A program made the position numbers and the translations under genes. The notes beneath the pieces are model-generated. The model was not told the DNA's origin. It made no database searches and was given only the letters and a program-made list of their open reading frames with translations. DNA of 63,906 nt, counting the filler, from Dugesia japonica (taxonomy: Eukaryota): NCBI GenBank assembly GCA_001938525.1. It is 6 parts of 6 records of this genome, joined end to end, with 100 filler letters (N's around TTAATTAATTAA, not from the genome) between each part and the next. Parts side by side here need not be neighbours in the genome. Positions count along the whole stretch, not along the records: positions 26,075 to 34,685 come from MQRL01542971.1; positions 34,786 to 43,821 come from MQRL01555286.1; 4 more parts are not named here. One strand, 5' to 3'. The first letter of the stretch is position 1. The number at the start of each line of letters is the position of its first letter. Of the stretch, positions 26,811 to 40,700 are shown one piece after another.

Positions 26811-28659
26811 CTGAAGAATAAATAGTTGATTATTTAAACAAATAATTTATTTTTTCTAATTGTAAATATTGCAGAAAATCTTCATTACGCAGACTGACGA
26901 AGAATATTTATTTAAGTGTAAATTATTATTGCTTTATCAATAGATAACTTTTTTTATATTAATTATAATTTAATTATTATAATTATTATATTATTATAAT
27001 TAATATTATTGATTTTATATTATTATTATTATTATTAATTTTATATTATTATAATTATTATTGATTATTATTATTCTATATTGATTATTAATTAGGTTTT
27101 ATATCAATAACGAAAATAAAAGTAACATTGAAATGACAATAAGAAAATCAATTTTAAAACCGAGGTCTGTAAATACATAATCTCACAGCTTTTATGTATT
27201 GTATATAAGTATATATTTCTAGTTTTAGGTAATTCAATTAATAAATCATATTTTTTAACTTATTTTATATTTTGGCGGATCCAATATTTAATTGTTTATT
27301 TTATATTTCATTGATTATCAGAATTAATATTAACTGAAATATTATTCTTTTCCAATTTTGTTATTTTCTCAATACATGTTAAATGTAGCAAATGATCGTC
27401 TGTATATCGAATGATATGCTTTGTAACAATCAACAAATTTTCTACAATCATCTACATCAATAACAATTTGGTTTGATAAATAATAATTAGAAATTTTGTT
27501 GATATTTTCTTTTGAACATCTACTATTAAAATGTAGATAAATCTCTTTCTCGTTTGTCATTTTCAATTAACTTTATAATTAAAGAATTATCTTATCAATC
27601 TCGGTCATATAAAATAATACCAGATGAATCTTTCATAAATATTTTATTGAAATTAATTTCAGTTTCATAATTAAATTCCCCATTGATCTCATTGTAAAGC
27701 AAATCCCCATAGGTACAAATTATATATTTATTAACTCTGAATAAATGAAAATTATTAATATAAAAATTCAATATAATAAATTACGAAATTATTAATAATA
27801 ATTGAGACATTATTTCAATATTTTCAATAAATTGATTTTACAAATTCAAATAAATAAATTTATTCTATAATTTGTTCTTTCTGATTTTTCATGTATTCAT
27901 AAATCGTATAAATACAGAGAGGTAACTAGGGTATTGTGCACCCGGGGACAAATGAGCATGTTTGCGTCCCACTCAATTTTTCAAAATATTTTTAGATGTC
28001 GAAAGTAATTACAATTTTGTAACAAAATAATTCTTAATTATATTTCTTTTTAATTAATTCTAATTTTTTTTAAGATCAATATAAATTAGTTGATATATTT
28101 AACGATAGAAAATGAACGTTGTTGTACAGTTATATTCTTTATTTATCAATTGAAAAAGTAGATAAAAATATCTCAAGAGCATTAAAATTTTTAAAATTTA
28201 GTATTTGCAGATGCCCCTTCCTGCCCACCGTACGCTACGGACCTGCATTAATAATTCAAATAATTTAAACAAGAAACATCTTATTTATATTTTTAAATTT
28301 GAAAAAGTTGAATACTCAAAATAAATTTAAGAAACTTTCCATTTATTTTACTTAATTTAACATCTGGTGACATAAAATAGTAAATATTCAGCAAATCTTA
28401 CAATAGGTGCAGAAATATTACTTATTCAATCTTCAATTTTAATAAATATTGATTACACGAAACAAATATTTTCAAGAATACGAACAAAGATAAAATTAAT
28501 CGATCAATCGCTTATGTTTTATTTAGGTCTATGAGTAAAACAATCAATCTATGAATTAATATCTGAGTTATATAATAATATTGGATGAAAATAAAGAAAA
28601 ATATTTAAATTTCATTTTACTTTTTGTTTTATGTAATTATTTATAATTATATTATTATA

Positions 28660-28717
<58 letters not shown>

Positions 28718-28767
28718 NNNNNNNNNNNNNNNNNNNNNNNNNNNNNNNNNNNNNNNNNNNNNNNNNN

Positions 28768-28832
<65 letters not shown>

Positions 28833-31800
28833 CTTTAGAATTAAGTGGTCTCCCATTTTTCAATTGATATAGTTAACTCCATAGCTGTATAGTCAAACCG
28901 CTTTATACCGCTTTATATATCTCAATTGTTAATTTATTTTCTTTTAAGTGAACAACTCCCGCGCAAAATCATCAACCTCTAATAAGAAACTTAAGAGTTA
29001 TAGCAATGACCAGAAAAAGACCTGGGAGCTATACAAATTAGCTAAACGACAAATGAAAGCTGCGCCAATACAAGAAGCGCTATACGGACTTTCGTGAAGA
29101 GGCCATGCACTCGCAAGAACAAGAACGCCTATGGATAGATCAGCCTTTGAAACTTTTGCCGAGCTACTAAAACAATCTCTCGAGCGCGCAGACCGTCTCG
29201 TTCAGAATGTCCTTATATGATTCTGTAGTATTTGATATTGGAACCCAAAACAGCGGCTAAATCAATTATTCTGAGTTAATAATAAATTCTTGTTCATTTA
29301 TATATTTGCTTTTTTATCTAATTTTATCTTTTTTTATCTAACAGCGGAATTAAATTAAATTTAGATCAGAAGAACAAAGAAATGAGCATATAATTAATAT
29401 TTAAGAAGAAAATAAAACAAATAATTTATTTATTTAAATAAAATAAATCATAGAAATTAAAATGATTTATTTTTAAAAGAAAATTAAAAATTTTGTGAAA
29501 TATGGCAAAAACGACGACTTCCCATGGTGAAAAAATTAGCAAATAAGAAAATTATGGTCAAGAAAGATTCTGGGATTTCGAAAATGCGAGTTAGAAAATC
29601 GTAAGAAGATCCAGAAAGAAGTAACTAGGGTTTAAAGACTGACCAATAATTTTGGAATCCCAAAATAACCACCAATAAAAAGAAATCATGTGACAAAATT
29701 TAAATAATTAACCAGTAAAAACAACGAAATTGACGGTTAGCCAATGAAAGGCACGAGGGTATGAAGACAAACCGGTATAAATACCGATGTAATTTTCATC
29801 AAATCTAACGAAAAAAGCAGCTTAATCAATCGAAACTGTTACTTATCAAACTTTAATATTGGATTCAAATTTATCACAAGAGGTAATCATTGGTTTAGTA
29901 TAAAAAATGTGTTTGGCCACGGTTTCCGACTCCAANACTTATGGAAAATGACGAATGTTAAGAACAAAATTCCATTTGGTTACCAGGAAGATTTTTCTGC
30001 CGCTCGGTGTGCTTGCTCCGGATTGATTCGAGTCTTATGTACGTTCTGACTATTATGTAACTTTAAAATTGTACTGTACCCTATCTTAACAATATATGTT
30101 TATTAACAAAGTTTTGTATTATTAATTAGTTAACTAATTTTTCTTGACTTTTTAGGAAGCGATCATTTTGAAATTAAATTCCCAAGGTTAATACATGTAA
30201 TAAATGATTAATAAAATGTTCCAAAACTGCTAACTATTTAATAATTCCTCCTGTCATATCAACAAACCCGTAAAAGTTGTTATTAATTAGGATTTGAGTC
30301 CAGATAATGCATTAAAAACTATTAAACGTCGCACAAAGAGGAAATGTAATAATTTAAGGGGTAATAAGAAAATGACTAATAAGGATATCTTGAGAATTAA
30401 GCGGGAATTATGAAATATGAACCCAAACCAAAGGAAAGCGAGTCTATACTCGAGTTTCGAATCAACGGCTCCATTACGAAGATCTGGATTTTTGGGGAAG
30501 CCAAATTAAATTCTTCGAGGGGTTTTATTAGGTCAACTACCCTAGATTTGTCAAATCACCTAGATAAGACCCCAACATTAGTAATATTGTAAAATTAGTA
30601 CAATTAAATAAAATTAAAATGCATATTACTTTTCAATTATTCGATCTGCAACGGAAAAAATTGTAGAATCAGAAATTTGTCTGGGAATAACTGTGGGTTT
30701 AACGCTAATAATATTAGATGAAAAATTCCTTGTTTAAGTCACAATTAAGCAAAGAGCTTCGAAAAAGTCAAAATTTTGAATAAAATTTTTTCGGGGATTT
30801 TTATAGTTTTACGTTTAACCACTCACGTCGTTTTTATTGGTACCCTGATTTTTTCTGATCCTTAGCCTTTGTTGATTGGTGGTTAATTTTAACTCCCCAT
30901 TTTTCTTTGTCTTTTTTTTGTGTTTTTTAGTATTGTTTCTTCTAACCCAGTGATTCTCAACCTTTTTTTGTTGCGGATTTTTTATCGGTCTTGTCTTCAA
31001 TTTCTTTCAAGGCCTCTTATTAGTAGACTTATAACCACCTCCTCATTCTTTCGAAGGGTTTTTGAAATAGCCGTTACTGAAAATAATTTCTCCTTGCTTG
31101 TAGCTGTTCATGTTTTCTTATTTCATTTCATTTGGACGTCTCTATATCAAAGTTTCTTAGTTTTCGATATTAACTAATTATTTTCGAATTTGTTATTAAA
31201 CTATTTTTTTCACTGTTAAATTGACTGATAATTACTTGTCTATCTATCGTAACTCGTAATTCCCGTCCCAATTTTATTATTTTTTCTGTTCCGATTGATT
31301 ATTTTTGAATTTCTTCTGAATTATTTGGAATTTTGGTTGATGAGAATTATTTTAATTTTAATATGAATTTAGTGACTACTTAATTGGACTGACAATCATT
31401 TAATTTCCGAACACTTTACAGTTTTAATTTTTTTAATGGGTGTTTCCCTCGAACAGAACGATACATTTTTAGTAGAAGTTTATTAAGCAATTATAGAGAG
31501 TTTTTAATTATTAATCGAATCATGTCAATTTCAAATTTATACGATCACTATAGGCTGAGAAATTTATAACACAATAGTTGACGGTGTCAATGCGCTACAA
31601 CCTTTTTTCAGAGAACCAAATATATGTATACAGTAAACCTTATTTAAAAATGTTCAGTTTTTAATTTTAAAACGATTGGTACCAAATTTGAAACCATACG
31701 ACTATTTTTTACCGATAACATCAAAGTCAAAATTTTGACATTCGACCTTCCCAAGCCAAACTTCGACAATTTTAACCCAAATTCGAAAAAGGGTTTAACG

Positions 31801-33360
31801 TAATCGTAATAGCTAATCAAAACGCTACCATTTTTAAACATTCATAACACCAAAATTAGTAAAACAGTCGGTGGGAGGTTGTTCCAGTGCGCTACCATAC
31901 CACTACTTATGATAATTTACTATAGAATAGGCTATTTAATTTTTACTGGTTCTATTGAGGAATCATTTTTAAAATTCGTACTTTTTTTTACTAAAATCTG
32001 AATCAAAAACTGTGTGCGATACATTCATCTTCATTCACAAGTAAAATTATATGGATTTTTAAATATCGACTATCTTTTAGGTTATTTCAACATTTTCATT
32101 TTGATTGACACTCAGCATTTTTATTTGTTATTAATTGTAATAGTTATATCGTGCGATTTATTTTTCTTTGTCATTGTGAGGATATTTTAAATCATAATTA
32201 AAATTGTATGTTGCAAAATTAATATTTGACTGTGAGTTCAAATATTTAGTATGTTCCATAATATGTCAATGTTAGTTTGATGATTTAGGTATGCTGGTTG
32301 CTCAAATCATAATTACATATTTATTTATTCCTCCTTTTCTAGATTTTTATTAATAAATATCATGGTAATTAAACAAACTTCTCACTGCCATATATTCAAC
32401 TTTTCACTTTTTTAGTGGAAACGGAGAATATACAAAAGTGAATTACAAAATTGACAGTTCACGTAGTCCCCCAAAATAAATGGGTTTTGAAGCTCAATAA
32501 TGTATTTATTAGCATTAATATCTAGATGAATAAGTGGAAAACTGTTACTCGGTTAAATTGTATAGAAATTATTCTATTTAATATGAATTTTCTTGATTAA
32601 CTAACTGTGATGCTAATATTCCACTAGGTTTTTCATATCGATGACACTTTACATAGTATTGTTTCTTCTAATCCAGTGATTCTCAACCTTTTTTAATGCG
32701 GCACACTTTTTATGATTTCAAAATTTGGTGGCACACAAAGAAAAAGATAAGTTTAAAAATTATTTACTTACCTGTTGGGTATTCAGCTCAACAAAGTTAT
32801 TTTATGGTTCGTTAACTTTACTATAAAATATGTCTTTGAGTTTTAGGGGTGTTGATTTTACCTTTGTGTGTTAGTACAAATATTATATAAGATATATCTT
32901 TACTCGAAAATTATAAATATGGTAATATATGTATGTTTGCCTTTATATAAATAAATCAAATAATCACCATTAAAATTTTATTTTTGATGTATAATACAAT
33001 ATAAGTACACGTCACTAATATTCTTAACACCTTATTAGCAAGATTTAAAATCTAGTTAGAGATGCCGCCCAGTGACGTTTGGATTCTAACTGATTAAAGT
33101 TACTCAAAAAATTGAGTGAAATCAGTCAGTATATATACTGANTTCACTCTCATGCAAACATACCATTAACGAACCAAATTAATGCACTTTAGAAAATAAA
33201 AATTATTTACATAAAAATCAATCGCAACTTTCAAAAATCACCACTAAAATATTTACATAATTAGAATAAATAATTAAAATCAATAGTGATTTTCAAGATC
33301 ACTTATCAATCAGTAAGAGAAGTAATTCAATATTAAATATATTGGTAATAAAAATCAATA

Positions 33361-33493
33361 ATATTATTTTCAACTGAATTGTCAAAATAACAAAATAAAA
33401 ATGTTCAAATATTATTTTCAACTGAATTGTCAAAATAACAAAATAAAAATGTTCAAATATTATTTTCAACTAAATTGTCAAAGTAACAAAAAT
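33361..33493. repeat. 48-bp tandem repeat, ~2.7 copies
   Basis: Unit ATATTATTTTCAACTGAATTGTCAAAATAACAAAATAAAAATGTTCAA. Confidence 0.9.
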
Positions 33494-33615
33494 AATTTTA
33501 CAATTGCAATTATTGCGAGAGTAATTGTTGGACATAACTATTGATCGTTTAATAGAATTCATTTAATATAAAAGCTTTCATCAAAATTTAGGTTTTATTT
33601 ATTGATATTGGATAG

Positions 33616-33652
33616 CAATTCGATATTTCGACCTTGTCTTCGGCAGGAATTG
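33616..33652 (-). ncRNA. Minimal hammerhead ribozyme motif (family A), mutated core
   Basis: CAAUUC-CUGCCGAA-GAC(AAG)GUC-GAAA-UA-UC-GAAUUG; 6-bp stem I, core A6 changed to C. Lies in a ~160-bp repeat (33495-33660) homologous to 38376-38533. Confidence 0.7.
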
Positions 33653-34685
33653 ACTTTTTTTAAAAAAACTACCTACATAAAATCTTGTTAAAAAGTTTAC
33701 AGATATCATTCAACGTTATATTATTTCTGGTATGGTCATTAACCAAAATAGCTGAAATCAAGCGGTCTTTGATAGTAAAATCACTTGTATCAGTCATTTA
33801 AAATTATAAAGTATTTATACAGCTGTAAAGAGGGAAGAGATTTTTTATTATAAATATTTCTTTATTGATTTTTTTTAATTAGAAATAAAGAATAGTAGTA
33901 TTATTTCATTTCTTTCATTAGAATCATGGGACTTTTTGACCACCATGTAGAATTTATTTAGTAGAGGTTTTCATAAGAAAAACAAAAATAGACTTTCTAT
34001 CACTTATAAATTAATCCAAACTTGATAAAAAGTTGAAGCCAATGGAGTATTTCCAAAGATTACAAAAGTGTTAGCTAATAAAATTCTTGGATTTTTTACA
34101 AAGCAATTTAACAACTAACAATCGGAACATATTAAGTTGCTTTCAGTAACTAATTCGTTAAATTCAGAAACACTTATTTAACTACAGTTATTGTATCTTA
34201 TGTATTCTGAATTTGTATAATACAAAACTTAATAGAAGTTTATACTATATCCTTTGATAATTTTTTATACCTCTTTCACAAAAAATTCGTAATTTTGAGC
34301 ATTATATCAAAGTGCCTTTTATGACAATTTAACATCTATTTTGATTTATTGCGTGGATTTGTGAACTTATTAAAAGTTCACGATTCATTGTTTTTTCAAT
34401 AGCAATATTACATTTACAAACTAAATTATAATTAATGTATACGGCCCTTATTTTAGATTGTTATTCAAAATGGTTGTTGATCTTTGGTTGCAATTCTTTG
34501 AAAGACCAAAAATTTTATGAACTTGATTTAATATAGTGCATATAAATGCTGAATACTTTCTTGTTAATTTTGCACAGAGAATTTAAAAAAGAAAATTAAA
34601 TTGTATTCAATTAATAAATTTTATAGCGATGTTGTGAAAAATAAATAATTCTGAACAAGAATATTTGAGGAAAAAAATGATTTTA

Positions 34686-34785
34686 NNNNNNNNNNNNNNN
34701 NNNNNNNNNNNNNNNNNNNNNNNNNNNNNTTAATTAATTAANNNNNNNNNNNNNNNNNNNNNNNNNNNNNNNNNNNNNNNNNNNN
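34686..34785. other. Artificial scaffold spacer
   Basis: N44-TTAATTAATTAA-N44. Confidence 0.95.
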
Positions 34786-34786
34786 G

Positions 34787-37700
34787 ATTTTCTCAGATAA
34801 ATTTGGCAGAATGGCAGGATGCGTATTAAGCTATTATATGATTTCTGTTTTTGCTACAACAGCCGCATTATCGCCATGGTATAGCATGCATGCAGTTGGA
34901 AGGCTTTTAACTGGGTTTGCTGTCAGTATTTCATTTGTAGCAAACAGTGCAATGGCATTAGAAATTGTTGAAATCAATCATCGAACTAATTTTGGATTTT
35001 ATTGGTCTTTAGGATACGATGGTGGTTATTTAATATTAGTTTTTATTACATATTTCGTTAGAAATCATTTTACTCTTCAAATTGTCACTTGTTGTCTTTC
35101 TTGTGTAGCNNNNNNNNNNNNNNNNNNNNNNNNNNNNNNNNNNNNNNNNNNNNNNNNNNNNNNNNNNNNNNNNNNNNNNNNNNNNNNNNTCATTATGCAC
35201 ATAGCGAAATTCAACAAAAAATGTGTTTCGGAAACTCAAGTTGATAAATGTATTCAAATATTTGAAGATGAAAGATTGTGTAGCGTAATTAAACAAGTCA
35301 GCATAAAGGTGAACGGAGATATTTATTTATTTAATATTTTAATTGAGATTATTTTAATAAAGATAATTTGAAACAAATCTTTTCGTAAAGGTTTTTTAAA
35401 TATTATTTTAAAACCATTATCCATTAATAACTAATTTGTTTTCTTTCTAAATTGAAATAGATTTTGTTTTAAGTGGTAAATAATCTTCGCTTCATTTCTT
35501 TACAATTTGAAATGGTAAATTTGAATTTATATTCTAAATTTTGTAATTTAAACCTGTGTTGATTCTATGAGAATATTTTTTAAACAGCTTTAGTTGGCGT
35601 TAAACTACTCTTTGATGATCAGTAATGTATTTTAGGGAATGTAAATGTTAATATGAATTTTATAAATTGTTTAAATGAAGTATTAATTTAACTTAAGTTT
35701 ATTAAAGGAAACTTTCGTGAATGCTTGAGAACTTAAAGTCATATAAAACTATATTCAAATATAAAATAATAATAAAAATCCATTGTGCTCATAATATTTG
35801 ATAATATATAAACAAAGTTAACATTTTATTTTCATTTCAAATTTTTTAATGTTTAATTATTGATTTATTTTATTTTAATAAATTCAATGTTTTTGTTTAT
35901 TTTATAATTTTTTTAAATACATGAATATATTTTTTTGTATTAATTTTTGTTTTAATAAATGAAAATATTTACATTACCTCCATACCCATTTTGTGTTGTT
36001 ATCGCATTATTCGGATAATATCTTTGTTTATTATTTCCGAATTATTTTATTAGATATTCATTCTTATTAGGATGATTAAACTGCCTAAGATTTGGCCTAC
36101 TGACTATAGTGGATTTATTGATTGGTTATTTTTAATCGGATCAGATTTTTTATCAGACAAAATTTTTTTGATCGGATCAAATTCGAAAATTATTTTATTG
36201 TTGTTAAAATTAATTAGTTATTTTGTGTAATTTTAAATTTTCTTTTAATAATTTTTGAATTTTTTTTGGGTTCAATGGGGCTGAGTGCAGTTTTGTGTGG
36301 AATATAAATTTTGGTGCAATGTTTATAGTGTTGGTGTGTGTAGAGGAATATATTGATAAATACAATTTGAGACCGATTGTGTGCGGATGTGTTGTTTATG
36401 AACTTTTGAGTGAATTTAACCAAGTCGTTGAATTCAGTTTATAGGTTGTCAAAGGTAACTATGGGCTAAAATGGCCTGAGGGTTCCAGAACTTTTCTTTA
36501 AAAAATCATAAAAGCTTGGAACTTTTCTTTAAAAATATATCTATTGTAATAAAAAATATTAAATTTTAATAAGAAGCAAAAACTTTTGTTAAATTTCTTT
36601 AAAAATGTAACAAGGATTACTTAATAAATTCTTTATATATATGTGCATAATAAAAAACTACAACGTAATATATTTAATTATTTGAAAATTAAATCTCTAA
36701 ATTTTAATGGATATAATATGTACTTGAGTTGTACTTTTATTACATCTGTCTTGCAAATTTAAAAATTCTTTCAATCAAATTGAATAAATCTGAAGTAATG
36801 TTATTTACATGAAATGTTATCTTTGAAAATTCAAATTTCTAAATTCTAGTTTTACTGCTTTTCCTGTTGAGAACACATTTACACATAAATGGACATATTT
36901 TACAAGCCTTAAAGTAGGAAATTAGTCTTGTTCGAACGAACAATTGACTATTCTTGCTAATGTTTACAAATTAAGTGAAACTCTCATATTTACGACAATT
37001 GTTAGCGATTGTAATTGTATATTTTTGATATCATAGGTGTTCAAATCATGTGGTTCCAATGGTTTCTTACAACCCAGTATTCTACATTTTTCTGATCTTA
37101 GGAATATTATTGAAAACTTTGCGAATTGACACGGTCTATAGAAAAGCTCATTTTCTTTGTTACTACTTGAGACACTTCACTTCTGTAATTAATATTACTT
37201 ATCATAATTAATTACATTTAATGAATTAATGAGGAATATAAGATAGTTTTTAAAAAACAGATTTAAATGTTTTATCTTTAAAACGAAAAGTTTTTAAAAT
37301 CAAAAGTATATTTAAATTTGTATTAAGAAAATAATTTATAAAATAAATTACTCATATGTAAAGATTTTGAAAAAAAATTAAATGAATGAAAAATGTTTAT
37401 TTTAGTGTTTTAAAATTAGATATTAATAAAATATAAGAGTTTAAATATTTAGTATTTTCCGTTTTTAAATATGAATTTTTAAATCTGTATCGACAATATC
37501 TGCAAATATGACCTATTTTGTTACAGTTCTAACACGTGACTTTTCGTCTTTCATTGTTGCTGTTCTGTTGTATCCATTCGTTATGACTCTTGTTGAAACT
37601 ATTTTGTTCTGGACTTCAGAGAACTGCATCTCTGTAGTGATGATCTACATTTGTTTTTTCAATTTTTACTTAGTCTTTTATGTCTTCCCACGTTTTTATT

Positions 37701-40700
37701 GTTTTAAATGGATCTTCTACTTTTTCTAGTTTTCCTGATTTGATAGAATGCTTTATCTTAATGTCGTAACAATTATTCATTATTATCACATTTGTTAAAA
37801 CATCTTTGTTTTATTTTCTACCTTTCCATCTATCATTTACTTATAAATACTCACATTTTCTCCATTCCTTCGATAATTTAGAGCTTTCTACAAATCTGTA
37901 GGCATTGATGATTCCCTAAAAAAAGCCGTTTGGAATCTTTCTTCAAATTCCAATGCTTCGTCTTCATTTTCATAAATTTCCCGTAGTTATTTATCTTTGA
38001 AAGCAACTTCAAACAAACTTCTATGACCTTTCTTTATTCCGTATAGATAAAAATATTTGGCTGTTTTCAGAATAAATTTTCCGACATCAGCGTTCATTCT
38101 AAAAGCTCCAGGATGAATTGCTTCTTTTAGCAAATTCAATGATGCGATGGTAACCTTATTAGTAAAAGTAAGAATATCAAAATTATCCTTAATTATTATT
38201 CAATGATGTAAGCAAAGACTACCATATTTAAGCAAATAATCCATATCTGAGAATATTAAATTTATATTTAATATACGATATTTTCTAATAATAAACATTT
38301 CAATAATCCTTCAAAATTATTCTATGAAATTATACACTTCCAAAAGGTTTTCAAAAAATAGTAACATATTTTTTGTTTTACAATTGCTATTGCGAGAATA
38401 ATTGTTGGAAGTGACCATTGATCGTTTTTTAGAATTCATTTAAAATAAAAGCTTCGATCAAAAATTTTTTTTAATGTTTTTTTTGAGATTAATTCGATAT
38501 TTCGACTTTGTCTTCGTCAGGAATTGACTTTTTAAAAAGTCAATTCCTGACGAAGACAAAGTCGAAATATCAAATCAATTTAAAAAAGACAAAAAAAAAT
38601 TTTTGATCGAAGCTTTTATTTAAAATGAATATATTTTTTACTAAAAAATAATTCAAAACAAATTTAATATAATACAATATACAATACATTTAACAGTTAT
38701 TTAAATTAAATTACATTTCAAAAACTTTCGAAAAAAATGTAAACTATTTCAAAAATCTCTCATATACTTTTATTCTATAAAATATTGTAAATTATTTTAA
38801 CAATATTTCCATAAATAATTTTAATATAATGCAATATAATTTGTACCAAATTATTTGAATTAAATTAAAAATTTTCCCAGATATGTATAATCTATGAATT
38901 ATTCTTACAATATTAATATAAAAATAGATAGGTATTCTTAAAAGATGCTATTGAAATTTTGGAATATTAAAAATTCCGCCATTGATTTTCTAATATTATC
39001 AATAAATCATAAATAAATTTATAATAAATCAATAAAATAATTATAATTATATATTAATTTAATTATTTATTAATATTTCTATTTTTGGAATTTCTAAATG
39101 AAAATAAATTATAAAATATATTTAAATATTGTATTAATTTAAATATTTATTTTAAATATTTATATATTTTTCAAAATTAGGAAATTTTCAAATTCAAAAC
39201 CGTTTTCATTAATCTGCTAATTCTTTGGTTCATATTCTTATCATGTTCATTCAATTGTTATTCATTCGTTCTTGGATCTTCCAAAATTACTAATGAACTT
39301 TTAATTGCCACAGCAATCAATGCCAGTGCTTCATTTATTTGTCGATCTACTTACATGATCCTTTGTCAAAGAATCGGCCGAATCAGTATTTTGTTATCAT
39401 TACAATTAGGAGTTGCATTTTTATTTATCGGCAGTATGATTTTTAAATAGTAAGTTTAATTAATTATAGAATTAATTTTTTTTTAAAATAAATACAAACA
39501 ATTTTTAATTAAGATATTAACTTTTAAACTTATTTTTTAATTTTTAAATTTCTCTTTTAAATTCTTTAATTATTAATTTTAAAAATTAAACACAGGAAAA
39601 AATTTAAAAACATTCATTAAATTTTTATCTATTATATTTCACGCGTCATCATTCATTAGAACTGGAAATTCGATTAATTTAAATTTTGTCAGCAATATCA
39701 TTATTAGTACAAGGTGATACAAAAGTAGATATAAAGTAATCATTACTGTTATAAATATTGAAATTGTTTATAATTTTCATCAATAAAATTTGTTTATGTT
39801 TAAATATTACAAATTTTTAATTTTGTCCAATTGAATATTTTAGTTTTAATGTATTTTAGATGATCATTGCTGGTAATTAAAATATTAACTAACAGTATTA
39901 AACGATAATAAACGCTAGAATGGTTACAGATGAATGAGGGGAAGCTATTAAAACATTTAAGTATGTTCAAAAACTTTAGAAAATATGTGGAGAAAAAGTT
40001 TTAAAAGTAAATAAAAAATGTTATTAGAAAAAAGTATTCCGTTTTTTTATTGCATTGTTCAAGTCTCAAAAATTATCGAGAATAAAAGTTTGCAATCATT
40101 TCCAACGTTTGGTGTTGATGATTTAATATAAATTATAATAAATATTGTTTGAAATCCGATTATGTAATCGGCGCTGCAACCAGGTCACGGCTTAAAGAAG
40201 GACATTCAGATAATTTTTAAATGGATTTGGGTAAGGAAATTTACAACTCTTAAGTCAAAAATATAAAATTAAATCATTATATTGTATTTTTATAGTACAA
40301 AGCTGCACCTATAAAAAGATTTAGTTGCACATTAAGTGATAGTTTGAAAAAGTACTTTGTGCAAACCGCTAATAAAACCGAGATAAATGTGTTACCGAAA
40401 CGTATTCATATTTATAATCATTCATATTACAGGAGTTTAAATGGAGCAAGACTATCTTAGATATAGGTTCAAACATACAATTCAAGTTATAGCTATCACG
40501 TTAACAACAAAATTAATTAAGAAACCAAAATATAAAGTTNGAAATCATGTTTAAATCTCAAAAACAAATGCATCTACATTTATCAAGAATTTTGATAGCA
40601 ATTAGAGCGATGAGGGGTTTCAAAAAAATCAATAATTAGTATTTATTTGATTAGAAATGATGAGAATAATTTGGTTCAAAGAAAGTTTTATAAGCAGAAA

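Larger units (their letters stand above)
38434..38630. repeat. ~200-bp imperfect inverted repeat of Penelope-type terminal repeats
   Basis: Arms mirror around 38533/38534; the inner ~38 bp per arm are a perfect palindrome. Confidence 0.9.

Noticed and set aside
28890-31500. GC-richer LTR-like stretch and possible gag start (30410-30592)
   Set aside because: Probably retroelement debris, but I could not define termini or a diagnostic domain.
33361-33493. 48-bp repeats (and ~30-bp repeats at 44270-44360) as a CRISPR array
   Set aside because: Head-to-tail tandem copies with no unique spacers, eukaryotic context, no cas genes.
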